Under the pieces are notes generated by a model that worked only from the letters and a program-made list of their open reading frames with translations, made no database searches and was not told the origin of the DNA. A stretch of DNA of 64,000 nt, from contig ML996694.1 in the NCBI GenBank assembly GCA_010356995.1, positions 433,224 to 497,223 of the forward strand. The letters are read 5' to 3'. The translations under genes and the position numbers were made by a program. Source of the DNA: Trichodelitschia bisporula. Lineage: Eukaryota. Within the stretch, counting starts at the first letter, position 1, and every line of letters starts with the position of its first letter. Of the stretch, positions 1 to 13,434 are shown in pieces.

Positions 1-360
1 CGATATGGGAAGCAGATGATGTGCTTGATACTTATTTCCCCTGTACATTTATGGATACTATCACTAGCAGCGTTCGGGATACCCGGTTTGATGCCCAAAC
101 ACCCGCATTATTGTACACTATAGGCATTTTGGTAACGGCTACCCCTCTGGTCAACAAATGTTACTACATACAGTCGTTGCTACATCGACATTTTGTGAAG
201 TGATCAATCTGACCTAGGATAAACAATTCCGGAAGAACAGCGATGGTATCAGGGTGCTAGGAGAGATGCTGCGAAAATTCTGTCAACGAAACCCCCTTTC
301 AAACGAGGCTGTTTGTCCCTTGATAATATTCTTCAAAACGTCCCTCGCTGTCAAGCCCCT

Positions 361-3300
361 CTACCCCCTCGCATTCCATTTCTCGTTGTACGCCGTAACC
401 GCCACCGCGATTTGGCGATACAGCCAGTCCCTCGCCTCAGCATTCGGCACTGGAACAAATGGCCCATTTGTCCCGCCCTTAAGCGTGATAACAATCCCCG
501 TCCGCTCTTTGCTAATCGTTTGCACATCCTTAAGCGGAACATCCCACTCCGTCTGCAACCGCTTCATCTTCACAAGCAGAATTCCGTTGTACGTCAGCAT
601 GACCATCAAATCCTTGCCCGTGAGCTCCAGGTGGGCGATGTACTCCTCATGGAAGTGTTTCCCGGCGTCCAATGTCTTGAGCCAAAACTGCCCTAACGCC
701 TCGCGCTGCGAGTAAGGCCGCACCACGCCGTCCTGTCCGATGAACCGCGGCATGCGCACCCGATCGAGTCCTTCTTGATCGAATACGGTGGTGGTGTTGC
801 GCACGCCCTCAGCCATGTTGGACGCGAGGTCAAAGGCGCCAATCGCTGGCTTCGTCGCCAGTCCGAGCACACCTTTGCCCACACCTTTGACGAAGCCGGC
901 AACTCCCTCCCGCTCCGCACCTTGTAGCGGGTGCCGGGCCATACCCCCGATACCCGATGCCAACGACTCGGCGAACGCATTGCCCCCAGATGTGATGCCA
1001 TAAAGCGCATGCTTGGGCCGGTTGCGGCTGCGGGAGATGCGGCGGCGGTCTTGGAACTCTTTGTCCATGGTTGCAGCGGCAAGGCCCTTGGACATGGAAC
1101 CCGTGAATTTCGCCATGCTGTCGCTGAAGCCGAAGATAGACTTCTTCACAAAGCTTCCTGCGCCCTTGGCGATACCGATGCCTAGGTCTTGCGGTCTGTC
1201 TGTCATGACAAGGCCTTGGTATGGCTCGTAGAAGATGTCTTGGACGCCGGAGGAGATATTGTTGAAGAGGCCGACGGGGTTTCCGAGGAAGTCTGCTGAG
1301 CCGAGGACAACGTGGACTTGCCGTAGAGACTCCTGGACGTAATGGGTCTTGATGCTGTTGATGAGGGCGGCAGTCGACACTCGAGCATTCTCCAACATAA
1401 GAGCGTTGTAGCGGATGGGCGCGTCATTGACGTTGCCGACAGACATCGTCAGAACGTTGACGAAGAACATCAACGGGCTGCTTGATGTCATGGTGTCCTC
1501 AGCATTGATCCGTTCTGTCCGGACGAAGCTGATATCGAACTGCATCGGTTGCAGATGCAACAGTTCGAAATAGATGTCCTGGCTGTTTTGCTCTTGCTGC
1601 GGCTCCGGGATATCAAGAGTATCGTCACACAATTTCCCTTCCTGTTCTTCTGACCAGCTTGCACCGGGGATCTTGACGAAGTCCAAAAGCGCAAATATGA
1701 AGTCTTCGTCAAGCTCGACGGTCATTTGTTGCAAAAGGATGGTAAAGTATTTGATGTAGAGCACACCATACGAGTCATCCTTAACTCTGGTGACTGCTGC
1801 ATGCAGGATCGGGTGTGCCTCCATCTCCTTGCCAGTCTTAGGAACGACGCTCGGGTAGAATATGATGGGAAAGATGCCACCATAGAGCTGATTGTCAATC
1901 TGGATCCACTTGATGGTTGATTTGAGCGTCTGATAAAGCGGAGAGTCGGAGTACTTGAGTTCAATGTCCCGTAGAGTCACGTAAATCAGCTCCTTCAACT
2001 GCTGGTTGACAAGAGAGATTCCAAGTCCGGCAAGACGGAGCTGAGCTGTGAATGTGACATCAGTGTCTACCTCCTTGACCTCGAACCCGGACATCGAAGA
2101 CTGCGAGACGGGCGTCGAGCGTTGACGATAGAGGCTCTTGGATTGCTTAAAGTTGGAAAGAATGAGAGTCTGAGTGGGACCATCTGCGACGATGTTCAGG
2201 TCAATGATCGCGCCTCTGCGATGCTCCGCTGATGGTGGTAGTTTCATCGGGGGAGGATTGCCGATCTCCGCCAGCCGGACAGATTTCTCCTTCCCGTTGA
2301 CGGACAGAACAATCTCCTTCTTGCGGGCAGCCGGGAAATCCCAAGCATATGGCATGACGCTTCTAGCGGGCAGCTTGTACCTAATGGGTTTCCATCCCGA
2401 ACCGGTATCATCTTCATCGTCATCGACGTTCGGGTTTGCTTGCCAGAATAGGAATTCCACATTGCTCTCATTGCGCATCGAAAAAGGCCAATGCTTGGTT
2501 TCCACGCTGATGTGCAGGAATATTGTTGCCTCCTCGAGCAAGACGTCAATCCTAATGAGCTTCTGCCGCTGCCGAGCCTTGGCGAGTTTGACGTGCACGT
2601 TCCCAACGTTGGATATGTCAAATGGAGAGGACCAAGCATTGTTGACGCCTGGATAACAGAGACAGAGCTGGTGGACATTTCCTTGGCGCAAGTAGCGCAA
2701 GGGTAGAAGTTCTCCATTCTTCAAGGTCATGATCTCGGAAGAGCCTGGTTCGCGGACATTCAAGTCCTCACCAATCTTGTTTTTGATGATGAACCGAGGA
2801 GTTATCGTAACCACCTTTGAAAGGCTGTACTAGTACTGGTTAGGAAGATGCAGCCGGAAGTGAGAAAAACTTACCTTGCCCTTGCCCTCCTCCACACTGA
2901 CGCCGATGTTCATTTCGGCTCTCCCTGAAGGTGAAGGAAGCGACACACTGTACTGGCTTCCGATCGCATCGAAACTTTGTGGCTTGCTCCATTGAGAGTC
3001 GCCAATCTTTATCAGAGCGCGGTTCTTCTTGTCGTCATTCGGGAAAGAAAACATGAACGGCAAGGTCTTCCTCGGCTCCTGGAAAGGACTGGGCTGGGCC
3101 GACTGGCCTGCTGCTGCCTTAGGAGCACCCAAGAAAACTTTGCTTCTCACATCAAGCTGGAGGCCTGTCCGATTGAGGATGACGTAAGGGCTATATATAG
3201 TCACTTTGAATGCGCCGCCGCTGTTTGGAATGTTGCTTGATGACGGTTAGCTCGCTCTTCACCAGAGTTTGCACAAGCTTACAAGTAGTGCAGTTTAAGC

Positions 3301-6300
3301 CTCAAGGTCAGATCATTCTCGTCCTTGAGAGTGAGCGACTTCTCTCTCCTGAAGCCTTCGCGGTCAGAGGAGTTGATCATGGTAAACTCGCTTTGCTTGA
3401 ACGGAGTGTCTTGCAGGTCGACGCTCATCATCAGTAGATGTGAGAGCTCGACAACATGAACAGGGCTGACACCACCCTTGCGAAGGAAGTTGGTCCAATC
3501 CTTTTTGGTATTGTTGTCGTAGATGCGGTACTTGAAATCGTACGGCAAAAGATTTTGGATTTCGACAGGAGCATGAAGACGGATTCTCATGTAAGGGTAG
3601 GTGCTGAAAGGCGGTTAGCGCATGCCGGGTCTAGGAATTCACAATAATAACCTGGTCAAAGGATTCTTGCTGTCAAAAGCTGCGTGAGATTGGAAGAAAA
3701 ATGGCGGCGAATTGTCGTCTCGATCCCCACGACAAGTGAGAGTCCTCGTCGGCTTTCGGAGCAAATCCTTCCAATAAAGGCGCTCTGCTGACCAGGTGTA
3801 GCCAAAGCCTTGGTCTGGCCGTACAATCAAAGAGTGCACGTAAGCGGCTCCAACCGGGGCAGGCCGAGCATCGCCAGGTGAAATTTTCTCAATCTTGAGT
3901 AAATCACCTGTCTCCGGACTGAAGACGCCGAGCTCAATTGGAATCTGGGTGTTGTTTTCCACAAGAAGCGGAGACTGGAAAGTAATGTACTTCACGTTAT
4001 CAACCCCGAGTTTGACTTCCACGAGGAGACGGTGCTGGACACGATCCTTCCGTGGCAGCAGCTGATAGAGCGCTTCGCCTTCGCGGTTGACAGGAATCTT
4101 CGTCAAGCTGTTGAAGCCACTGCCGTCAAGACGGACCCCGATCAGTCCAGTAGCCCCCTCGGGCGCGAGGGTCTCGCGTGTGGTAAGGGGATCTTCGAAA
4201 CGCCACGGGATCTCTTCTCCGTCCTCCAACTTTGCAGCGGCACCATCCTCATTCTGACTGTTCTCGGCCCAGATATCGATGGAGAAGCCAGTGTGGTTAC
4301 GGATACGATACGGAGCTTCCATCCGTCGTGGCTTGGATAGCATGTCCTCATCTGTGGAGAAGAAGTCCAAGGACTTGGAGGCGAGAGCAATAGTCGCAGC
4401 GGTGACGGTGAGTTCCAAAGGTTTGCGGGAATATATCTCCACACCAAGCTTTTCGGGGTTCTGCTCCTTGGTCATGTGAAACCCTAGCAACCACGGCTCA
4501 ATTAGCGGCTCCCACGCAGACTGGGAGAAGTTGTAGACGTTGATGAACGTATCGATACTGGTGTCAGCGGTCATCGAAGCAGACCAATCCCGAACCTCAA
4601 CAGCAAATCTCTTCACACTCCAATCAAGCATGGGCAATTCATGCTTCTCTCCAATGAGCACGACACGGATACCATGCATTGCAAGATGCATTGTCTCCCT
4701 CGTTATCAGTGCCGAAGAGCGGCGCTGTTGGACTTCAGATGCTTTGCGGGAATGCGCACTCTTGATTGTGGACCCCTGCGCAGCGGTTGACTTGGTGACG
4801 GACTTGGACCTTGACCTTGAAACGACAGAGGTACTGCTCTTCTGCTGGGTGATAGCTTTCGGCCGACCGTCCTCCATCTTCGAAGAGTCCTCGGACATTA
4901 GAGAAGCTCTATTGACAATCTGCATAGCCAAAAGGATGTCACGAAGCGATAGGCGGAGGACCAACGGTTCGATGTCGACATCAATGTTCGTGATCGAGCT
5001 GTTTTCCGCCTGGCCTCTCATATCCACAGACGTGGAAATGCTGAAATCGTCAAGGATACGCATGCGATTTTTTTCAAACTGATCCATCCGACAAAGGAAC
5101 ATCCCGACCTTGTCAATCTGCAAGGTCGTAACGTGCTGCTTCGCAACTAAAATCTGCTTCGTGCCGAGGACAATGGCTTCGGAGGTTGTAATAGCCGGAT
5201 TAGCGAGTAAGACGATTTGGGCATCAACGACATTAACCCGGAAGGATATGTCCATGACAGACGGCTCGGGTGTCTCCTGAGGGGCGGCCTTTATCGACAT
5301 CACGGACTGGCGACGAGGAGCAGCCGACGATGGGCTACTCGAAACGCTTCTGGATGTCAATTCTTCTTCCTCCTCTCCGTCCGTGATCTCAACGCCATTA
5401 TCAGTCGCAAGTCCGGCGTCGATGAATCCCTTGATGGCAAAAAGATAATCCAGAGCCAGAATGATCCTGGGACTGTCGATCGTCAAGAGAGCGACCAGGT
5501 TCTTGTTCTTGCCGCCTGAAATTGACACGCTCGCCATGAACTGCTGCCGAACATCCGAGTTGATAAGAGACATGATCTTGCGGAACTTGTTGGTCTCGTG
5601 AGTTCGGCTGTCAATGATGGTGAAAGATTGGACGAGGAGCTCGGATTCGAGGGCACCATCACTAATCATCCGGACCTTTACGTGTGTCTTATTCAATGAA
5701 AACTGAGACAGACTGGCGGCAGCGATATCGCCGATCGGCTGGTTGTCTTTTCCTTTGATCAGCTCCATCCCAATCGCTCCAACTTTGAAGACGAGGTCCA
5801 AAGTTGTCCAAGTGTTTTCGTTTGAACCAAGTTCGGGGTTCAGGCTTGAAACGGACTCGCTGGGCTTTGGTAACTCCCTGCTCCTATCAGTACGCTCCGG
5901 GCTTGCAGCATCTACGGTCGAATCGGGAAGCTCCTCTTCAACCTGTTCCTCCAACTCTTCGTCGGCTTCCAGAGCGAATGCAGCCGGTATCGACTGAGAT
6001 AGCTCCAGTGCAAACCTCATTTGATCCTGAGAGATCTTTAGGTTGATATCAGACATGGAGCCCTCAATCTCCAGATCTGGTCGCTGATAGCCGAGTTGAT
6101 GATCGATATACGTGATGCCGAACCCGATGTCAACCTTTTCAAGCATCTGCAGCTCTTCCGACTTGTTTTCTTCATAATGAAACAAGGAAGCCAGACGGAT
6201 ATTACGGATGCCTGCGGTGATATTGTTTGCAAAGTCGGACTTCTTCGCTTCATCGAGAGGCTTGAACTCGTTCTTCGCATAAATCTCGCCCAGATAGGCA

Positions 6301-9300
6301 GTGAGACGATCTCGCTCTGGTGCGTCCGTGACTACCATTCGCGGGAAAACTACGATAGGCGTTCGGATCAATATATCGAAGTGCATCTTATTCGCCCTCT
6401 CCTGCATCTGGCTGGCTTGATTTGCGGCGGCCTGGCGAGCTGCATTGAAAATGGCCTGCATCTTGCCAAACTTCACGCCAAAATCCATGATCTTCCGGAA
6501 GGGTTCTGTCACAAAATTGACTTTAATAGACCCTGACCTGAGATAAATGGAGGTGTCGTAACCCGGGTAGGCGTCGGAGACATGATCAAAGGTCTCGTAT
6601 CGGAAATGGGCCAGCTCATCGCCCTGGATCGTTACAAGCTGCCGCAAGGCTGACGTTTCCGGAACGCCTTGATTGACATCGTCAATCAGAGATAGTTGGC
6701 CAAGATGAGCCCCGATTTGCATGGTGTTGCCCGACAGGAAGACCGACACGTCCGCGGTGTTGAGGCCAAGTGTGGCCAAACGGATCCCGTCGTTGTTCAG
6801 GATGACCGCAATCCGGTGAAGGTTCGCTTTTATGCGAATCTTGTCGGCATCCTGGCTTTGCGGCTGCGCAGAATCCTTTCTGGGTTCGCCTGAGGATTCG
6901 ATTGCCTTTTGCTGTTTCTCGGATTCTGTTAGCTGCCCGGGATTGGTGAAGGTAACCAAGATGAAGTCAAGCAGCGTAAGGAGAGTCCGCCTGGTCACAA
7001 TCAGATTAATTGTCGAGACCGAAACGTCGAGGTTCATTCCAATGCCTTCGTATTTCGACAAAAACTCGGGGGAGTCCCTGTTGACTTTTATAAACTTCAA
7101 CTGGAAGAGATCCTGCTGAGAGGACGACGATGACTCTTCCGATGACACGATGTTCTTGAATTCTGGAAGGGGGCTGTCCTCGATATGGTCCTCAACGGCC
7201 AAACTCCTGAGCCGCACATCTGCAGCCATATCATGCGCCCGCTGTTGGAAGTTCAGGTAAAAGTGCTCCGCAACCAATTCGACCAACAGTCGATCAGGGT
7301 CCTTTCCGTCTGCATCGGCACGGTATAGGGAGCCTTGCAGCTTGTCAACTGTGAATTGGAATTCGAAATTCTTTTGGTGTATGGGGACTGCGGGCTGGGG
7401 GCAGCTTTCAGGAGCGTCTTCGAATTGGACGGGTTCCGACATGACGCTCTCGTCATCCACAACCAAATCATGCTGTTGGGGCGAGAAAGAAAAAGGTCCC
7501 GACTGTTGCTTGGTGAGCATATTTCCGTCCACCCCGGCACTGGCATCGACAGCATGCTTGATGTCTGGAGACAGAGAATGGCCATTTGAATCCTTTTTTG
7601 GGCCATCGTCGAACTTGGGAATGGCAACATCGATGAGCTTCATAAGGTTTTTGTACTTCTGATCCGAGATGGAGGCCTGAAGCACCGGCAGGTGTCCAGA
7701 AATGCGGAGCTTCGTTAAGTCGGTGCCCTTGGGCACAATGCAAGCCTCAATGAGGAAGTCCATGTTGATGCGGTCAATGATGTGTAAACTTTTCGCAGGG
7801 TCTCGAGCCGTCAGTTGCGCCCTTGTTTCTTCGACCGAGGTACCGATCAACACTTGAGTTGAAGTCAGTTTGAGGTTGAACTTGTCATACATCAATCCTT
7901 TGAGCTTCCGGAAGTCCTCTTCGCTGAGTTTTTGCCTCTGCTTAGACTGGATGTCCCGGATGGTTTCCGTGTCCACGAGCTCGCTGCTCACACTCGCATG
8001 ACCGGCATCAACAATGAGACAAAGTGTACTCTTTTTCGTCACGGAGTCAGGAATAATGATGAGAGGAGCCTGGATCTCAATCTGGGCGTTGATCGTCTTG
8101 TGCTCCTCTAAGGCAAATTCAAGACCGGCTCTGGTCTGTTGCCGGATGCTCTCGACAGTCGCCCCAGCGGTTTCCATCAAAGCACCGATCGACTCCATGT
8201 GCCGCTCTGGCGGTTTGAAGAATTTGACGACCTCGACGATAAATGTCGGATTGTAGACGATCTCCATGCCTTTCAGCTTTAAAGTCAGCGCCGTGTCGGC
8301 ACTACCGTCCAGAGGTCGGTTCTCAAAGGCCATCTGGAAGAAAGGATCATCGGGATCGGCATCATTCTCGTTCAGATCTTTGAACTTTTCAGAGTGCTCC
8401 GCCTCCGCGTCGTCATCCAACTCTTCAACCCGCTGATCATCCGGAACTGGGGGGGCATCCTTGATGGAGATGATCTGAGGGAAAAGGCTGTCTTCAATCG
8501 TGCCATCGTACAGCCGCATGCCTTCAAGGCTTAGCTTCATGAGAAATGAATCGGTCCTCTGCTGGAACTCGGTCTTGAATGAGTCAAAGAGGAGCTTTAA
8601 TATCTCCGTCTTCTTCCCATGCGGATCCCGCTTCAGGGTAAAACTTCCTGTTCGCAAACTGAGCTCTGCCTGGAACTTGACATATTCCCGCGGCCTCTGA
8701 ATTTCTTCGGCGATCGATTGCTTCTCATCAAAGTTGATGGCCTTGTAAAGCTCCTTGCGTTGCTCCTCGGACATTTGGCTGTTGTCGGCCGAGTCGTTCT
8801 GCTGCTTTGCGCCGCCACCCCACGCCCACTGCGTCCAAGTCTGCTTCGGCGGAGGTTTTTTGACTCCGACGTTTTCTTTCCGAAGCTGATTCCGAGCAAG
8901 AGAACGCCAGAAGCGCAAATCTTCGTAAGTAAGTTTGTGTTCGAGCTTTTCAAGTTCGGTCGTCTCATCATGGGTCAACTTTTCCTCCCTCTTCTTCTTC
9001 TTGAAAAGGTCAATGTACCGGTTGCGGTCATCTCTCCGTTCCTTGAAATATTCCCAAGACCACCGACGGTTCCGATCATGGATCTTGTCAAGCACAGCCT
9101 TCGCAGCAAACTGCAGCCAGCCGCGAGGGTCTTCCATCGGCTTGCTCTTCGGTTGAAGCTTCTTATACTCCTGGTGTCTGATGAAGTAATGGAAGAGGTC
9201 CACCAGCATCAAGGCATCACGGTACTGGTCAGAATCGATGATGAAGCCCAATTCATCGAAGAGAAGCTTGGCCTTGATCTTGGGGCGATCAGCCTTACCG

Positions 9301-10124
9301 GTTTTGTCGATCTCCAGCCCCGCCCGTCCGGTGACAGGTTTGAGAATGAACTGATGGTCGGCAATCTCAGGACTGTTGCCCTTGACAATCATCTTGCTGA
9401 AGTTCTCCAAGAAGGTTTCGTGATCAATGCCCTTCTGCGAACCCTTGCCTGTTCCCAGTAGCTTTGTGTCCGTGTCCCAGTACACCGCCAAGGATTTCAG
9501 AGAGGCGAGCTTGTGGGCCGTGCTAGACGTGCTCTGGATGAAAGTGGGATGCCAGTTCTCATTGGTGCTGACGGCATCAAAGCCTTCGAGCGTGATACCG
9601 AGTGCGAACGGGTGCCCAGGATCGGAGATGGAGTCCTCGTACCGAATATGGATATTCTTCACAGTGACCTGAACGTTGTCCACAATTGCTGTAACCAGAC
9701 TTGCAGTGAAGGTTTGGTTCTTCTTTTGCTCCTCTTGAGTCATCCCCTCCGTGTTACGCTCCTTCAGTAGCTCGGCGCTGTCAAGTTTCTCCATCTTGAC
9801 CGCGTGAGCCCGGCGCTCCTCCTCCTCCGGGTCGTAGTCTGCATCCTCGCGGGGTGCGGCAAGCAGGTAGACATCCTCGATGTGAATCTGGACTGGCTTG
9901 CCTCGAAGGTTCGACCAGGGAATCTGCAGTGTAAGTTGCCCGAGGTGCCCCGCAACAACGTTGAGCGGAAGGTGAAGTTGGTCGAGAGCTTCCCGACGGA
10001 GCTCCAAGTTTCTGAGCTTCACATCTCCGGACCATATGCCGACATTCAGCTGCTTTGCATCGAAGTTCTGGACGTACATGCCCAGAAACCGATTCAACAG
10101 GTTGGCGACCAGTCCTTCAAGCAT
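361..10124 (-). CDS. VPS13: Vacuolar protein sorting-associated protein 13 (bridge-like lipid transfer protein), ~3207 aa; exons 10124-3652, 3603-3283, 3235-2875, 2829-361
   Basis: N-terminal chorein motif MLEGLVANLLNRFLGMYV...GIWSGDVKLRNL; SAWEPLIEPW; C-terminal GSADFLGNPVGLF and GVGKG...TKP ATG2-C-like repeats. Three introns (48, 47, 45 nt) join the four ORF-track pieces in frame (9624 nt). Confidence 0.97.
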
Positions 10125-11012
10125 GCTGGCTGTAGGTGGCCGTTACCCTGGCCAGGGCGCTTGTGAAGGTGATGAGCAGATGTTCGAGAAGTCTTCGATG
10201 CCTTCGGCTAGTGCATCATGCAAAACAAACAGACGATATGAGCTGTGCAAACCACTGCAAAGCTTGACGAATGCGGCTGGTGTGAGCGAAATCGGGGGGA
10301 ATACGTTGGAAGAGGCGTTGGAAGAAATCGAAGAAGAAAAGACTTTTTTGGATGTACTGGACAACGCCTACTACTGCGAGGAGAAGAAGGTGTATGTAGG
10401 GTTGGGGGACATGAACTTGGGGGAGAGAGGGGTCGTCGACTGTGAAAAGGCCCAGAACAAGATGCAGCGCGAAAGGTGGTGACGTCGGCAGTGCGGGCAG
10501 AATGCCAAGCTGCAAGCCACGCGCTCATGCCCAATCCGCTTTTTCACGTGCTCATAGACTTGTCATGCATATTGGTGGAAGCTGTCAATCCTTGGCGCTA
10601 GAAGGATAATCTCAGACTTTATCTGCAGCTTGACTTTGAATTGATAAGATGCGCGATGACACACATGGTGGCTTGGTGAAGTCTGAGACGCGAACTCACG
10701 TGCTGAGACCTCGGGCACCAAACCCACCGATAAGATTACGCTGTCGTGGCTCTCTCTGCCCCGATCAGGCATCAAGTCAACCACATCGCTGTGCAAACCC
10801 CACTTCACAAAGGCAATACTACGGTACACAGTAGAGAAACTACTGCGTGCAGCGTCTCCACTATCCCAGCTTCTGATAGGATAATCATAAGTCCTGCTCA
10901 TTGGCGTTTTATGCATGAGACGGTCAACGACATCCCCGCAAGGCGTCACAGCGTCGAGAGCCCAAACTTATCTCCAGCCGAATCTGTACAACGTCGCCGA
11001 CAAACATTAACC

Positions 11013-12715
11013 ATGATCTTCTCTTCTAGTAGTGCTGCAGTTTTCCTTGGCGCCATTGTCTTTTGTGTATTCTTGTACAACAATCTGATACGTCCCCTGT
11101 TCTTGACTCCGTTATCCCGCATCCCAAGTGCTCATCCGCTTGCCCACATCACAGGTCTCTGGATCCTCTGGATACGATTCCGTTCCCAGGAGAACCGGAC
11201 TATTGACTCAGCCCACAAAGCATTCGGTCCGGTTATCAAGCTCAGCCCGAATGAGATCAGTATCAATTGCGTCAACGGCGGCATCAAGACGGTCTATGCT
11301 GGCGGGTTTGAAAAACATGAGTGGTATCCGAACCTCTTCTACAATTTTGGGTAAGTGAAACGACTTTAATTTTCAATTCAATCGCTCGTACATGTCCGGC
11401 TGTTGAATTTAAGCTCATCGCTGTTAATCATCCAGGCAACCCAATATGTTCAGTATGGCTGGAACCAAGCAGCATTCGGCCCGAAAACGAATGATCATGG
11501 CAATATACTCGAAGTCATCCATTTCCACTTCCCCGGCAATGAGAAGCATGTCTGTTGCCCTGATATACCAACGGTTTCTCCCACTGCTTCGCCACCATGC
11601 CGAATCAGGAAAGTACATCAACATTTATGCTGCCTTTAGTGCCATAACGATGGACTTCGTCACAGGCTACCTGTTTGGCCTCGACTCCAGCTCCAACCTA
11701 ACACAGAACATGAAGAAGCGTGACCATTTCCTCGACCTCTACCACAGTCGAAGGTCCTACAATTACTGGCCCCAAGAGCTTCCCGGCCTTACCGAATTCT
11801 TCAAGTCCCTAGGCATTCGCCTGGTTCCGAAATGGGTCGACGCCGCCAACGCGGAGATCGAAGCCTGGACCCTTGAGATGTGCGATCAAGCTGCTCGACA
11901 CTCCCACTCCGACGACAAAGATCCCGGCTCCTCCCCAGTGGTATACTCACAGCTCTCCGCCACTAAGCATGCCAATCCCCTCTCCCGCCTTGAAATTGCA
12001 AGCGAATTACTCGACCACCTCGCCGCCGGCTTCGACACCTCGGGCATAACACTCACCTACGCCGTGCACCAGCTTTCGCAGCACCCTCGATGGCAAAACG
12101 CCCTGCGGGCCGAGCTCCGCACCCTTGACACCCCCGTTTCCATCCGAAGCCATCCATACGAAGCCTCCCTCCCCTCCTCTAAAGCTCTCGACACTCTCCC
12201 CACTCTCCAAGCCATCCTCCAAGAAACCCTCCGCCTCCATGCCGCCATCCCCGGCCCGCAGCCGCGCATCACCCCGCCTGGTGGGTGCAGAATTGGCACC
12301 GACGAGTGTCACTATCAGGTCCCCGGCGGCGTGCGGATCAGCGCGCAGGCGTACAGCCTGCACCGTAACGCGGCCGTATTCGAAGAGCCGGAGACATGGC
12401 GCCCCGAGCGATGGCTGGAGGCCTCGCCTGAGAAGCTGCGTGAGATGATGCGGTGGTACTGGCCGTTCAGCAGCGGTGGTCGAATGTGCATCGGGAGTCA
12501 TTTGGCGATGTATCGTGAGTGTCTTCTTGTTTGCAAACGGAGGTGGTCAAGTGTGGGCTAAAACGTAGATAGAGATGCAAAATATTCTTGCGGCTGTTTA
12601 CACTGACTTCATGACCGAGATTGTGGACGATGCGGATATCGAGCAACTCGATATTTACACTGCTCCGCCGAAGAGCGACAAGCTAATCATGAAGCTCGCA
12701 TTTGCTGATACTTAG
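11013..12715 (+). CDS. Cytochrome P450 monooxygenase, ~519 aa; exons 11013-11350, 11436-12514, 12573-12715; family unassigned
   Basis: N-terminal membrane anchor then PLSRIPSAH; I-helix AAGFDTS; K-helix ETLR; PERW; heme motif FSSGGRMCIG. GTAAGT..CAG and GTGAGT..TAG introns keep the frame. Confidence 0.95.
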
Positions 12716-13434
12716 TTGTCGGCCAATTGGCTTTTAGTCGATGTGTGTTTATCAATGAAAGCGGTTTGTTGGCTTCTTACCTGTGGCTTTCTTAATGTTC
12801 ATCGAGCTACATTCGGAGCCCAACAGGGCCTTGTTTAGGAATCATGGAGAGTAACATACAGACAGTTCGTGCCTTTCGATGTCTTAGTTAGCAAGCGACT
12901 TTATTCAAAGCGTAGCATGATGTATCCGCCCCCCTCCATTTGACCCGCCGGTGCCGTAAATCCCATCCACTCTGGATACTGCCCATTACAAACTTTCCTC
13001 TACCAACTCCGAGCACCCCCATTTAGACACCCGACGCCAGTTCTAGCCAAGCCATGCGCGCAACCAATCAAGTTAAGACTGTCAAAATGAGGTGAGGCAA
13101 ATGTTCGTCTTCCACGTATGTCCATCTCCCATGCGTGACCGATCAGCAAGTAGTCCAAATAGGACGAAACTTTCTGTAAGGCACGGGACGCTCATATTAC
13201 GCTTCCGGCTTGCTTCTGGTCCCCACAACCCTCCTCGTCCCAGCCAGCGTAGCGCATATCGCATTTCGCGTTTCGTCATTTGCATTGACCTTGGCCCACT
13301 GAAAGAATGTCAGCGCGCAAAGGTCAAGCAGGACTCGCAGCCAGATATGCATGTCGACTAACGGGCGTGACGGGCTGTGAAAGCAGCAGATCTTGGGTGT
13401 CTGCGAAAACAAGAGGCATCAACGCAGCCCAATT

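Noticed and set aside
10036..10482. 148-aa Glu-rich + strand ORF overlapping the VPS13 start
   Set aside because: It is the antisense reading of the pyrimidine-rich VPS13 leader and has no recognisable motif.
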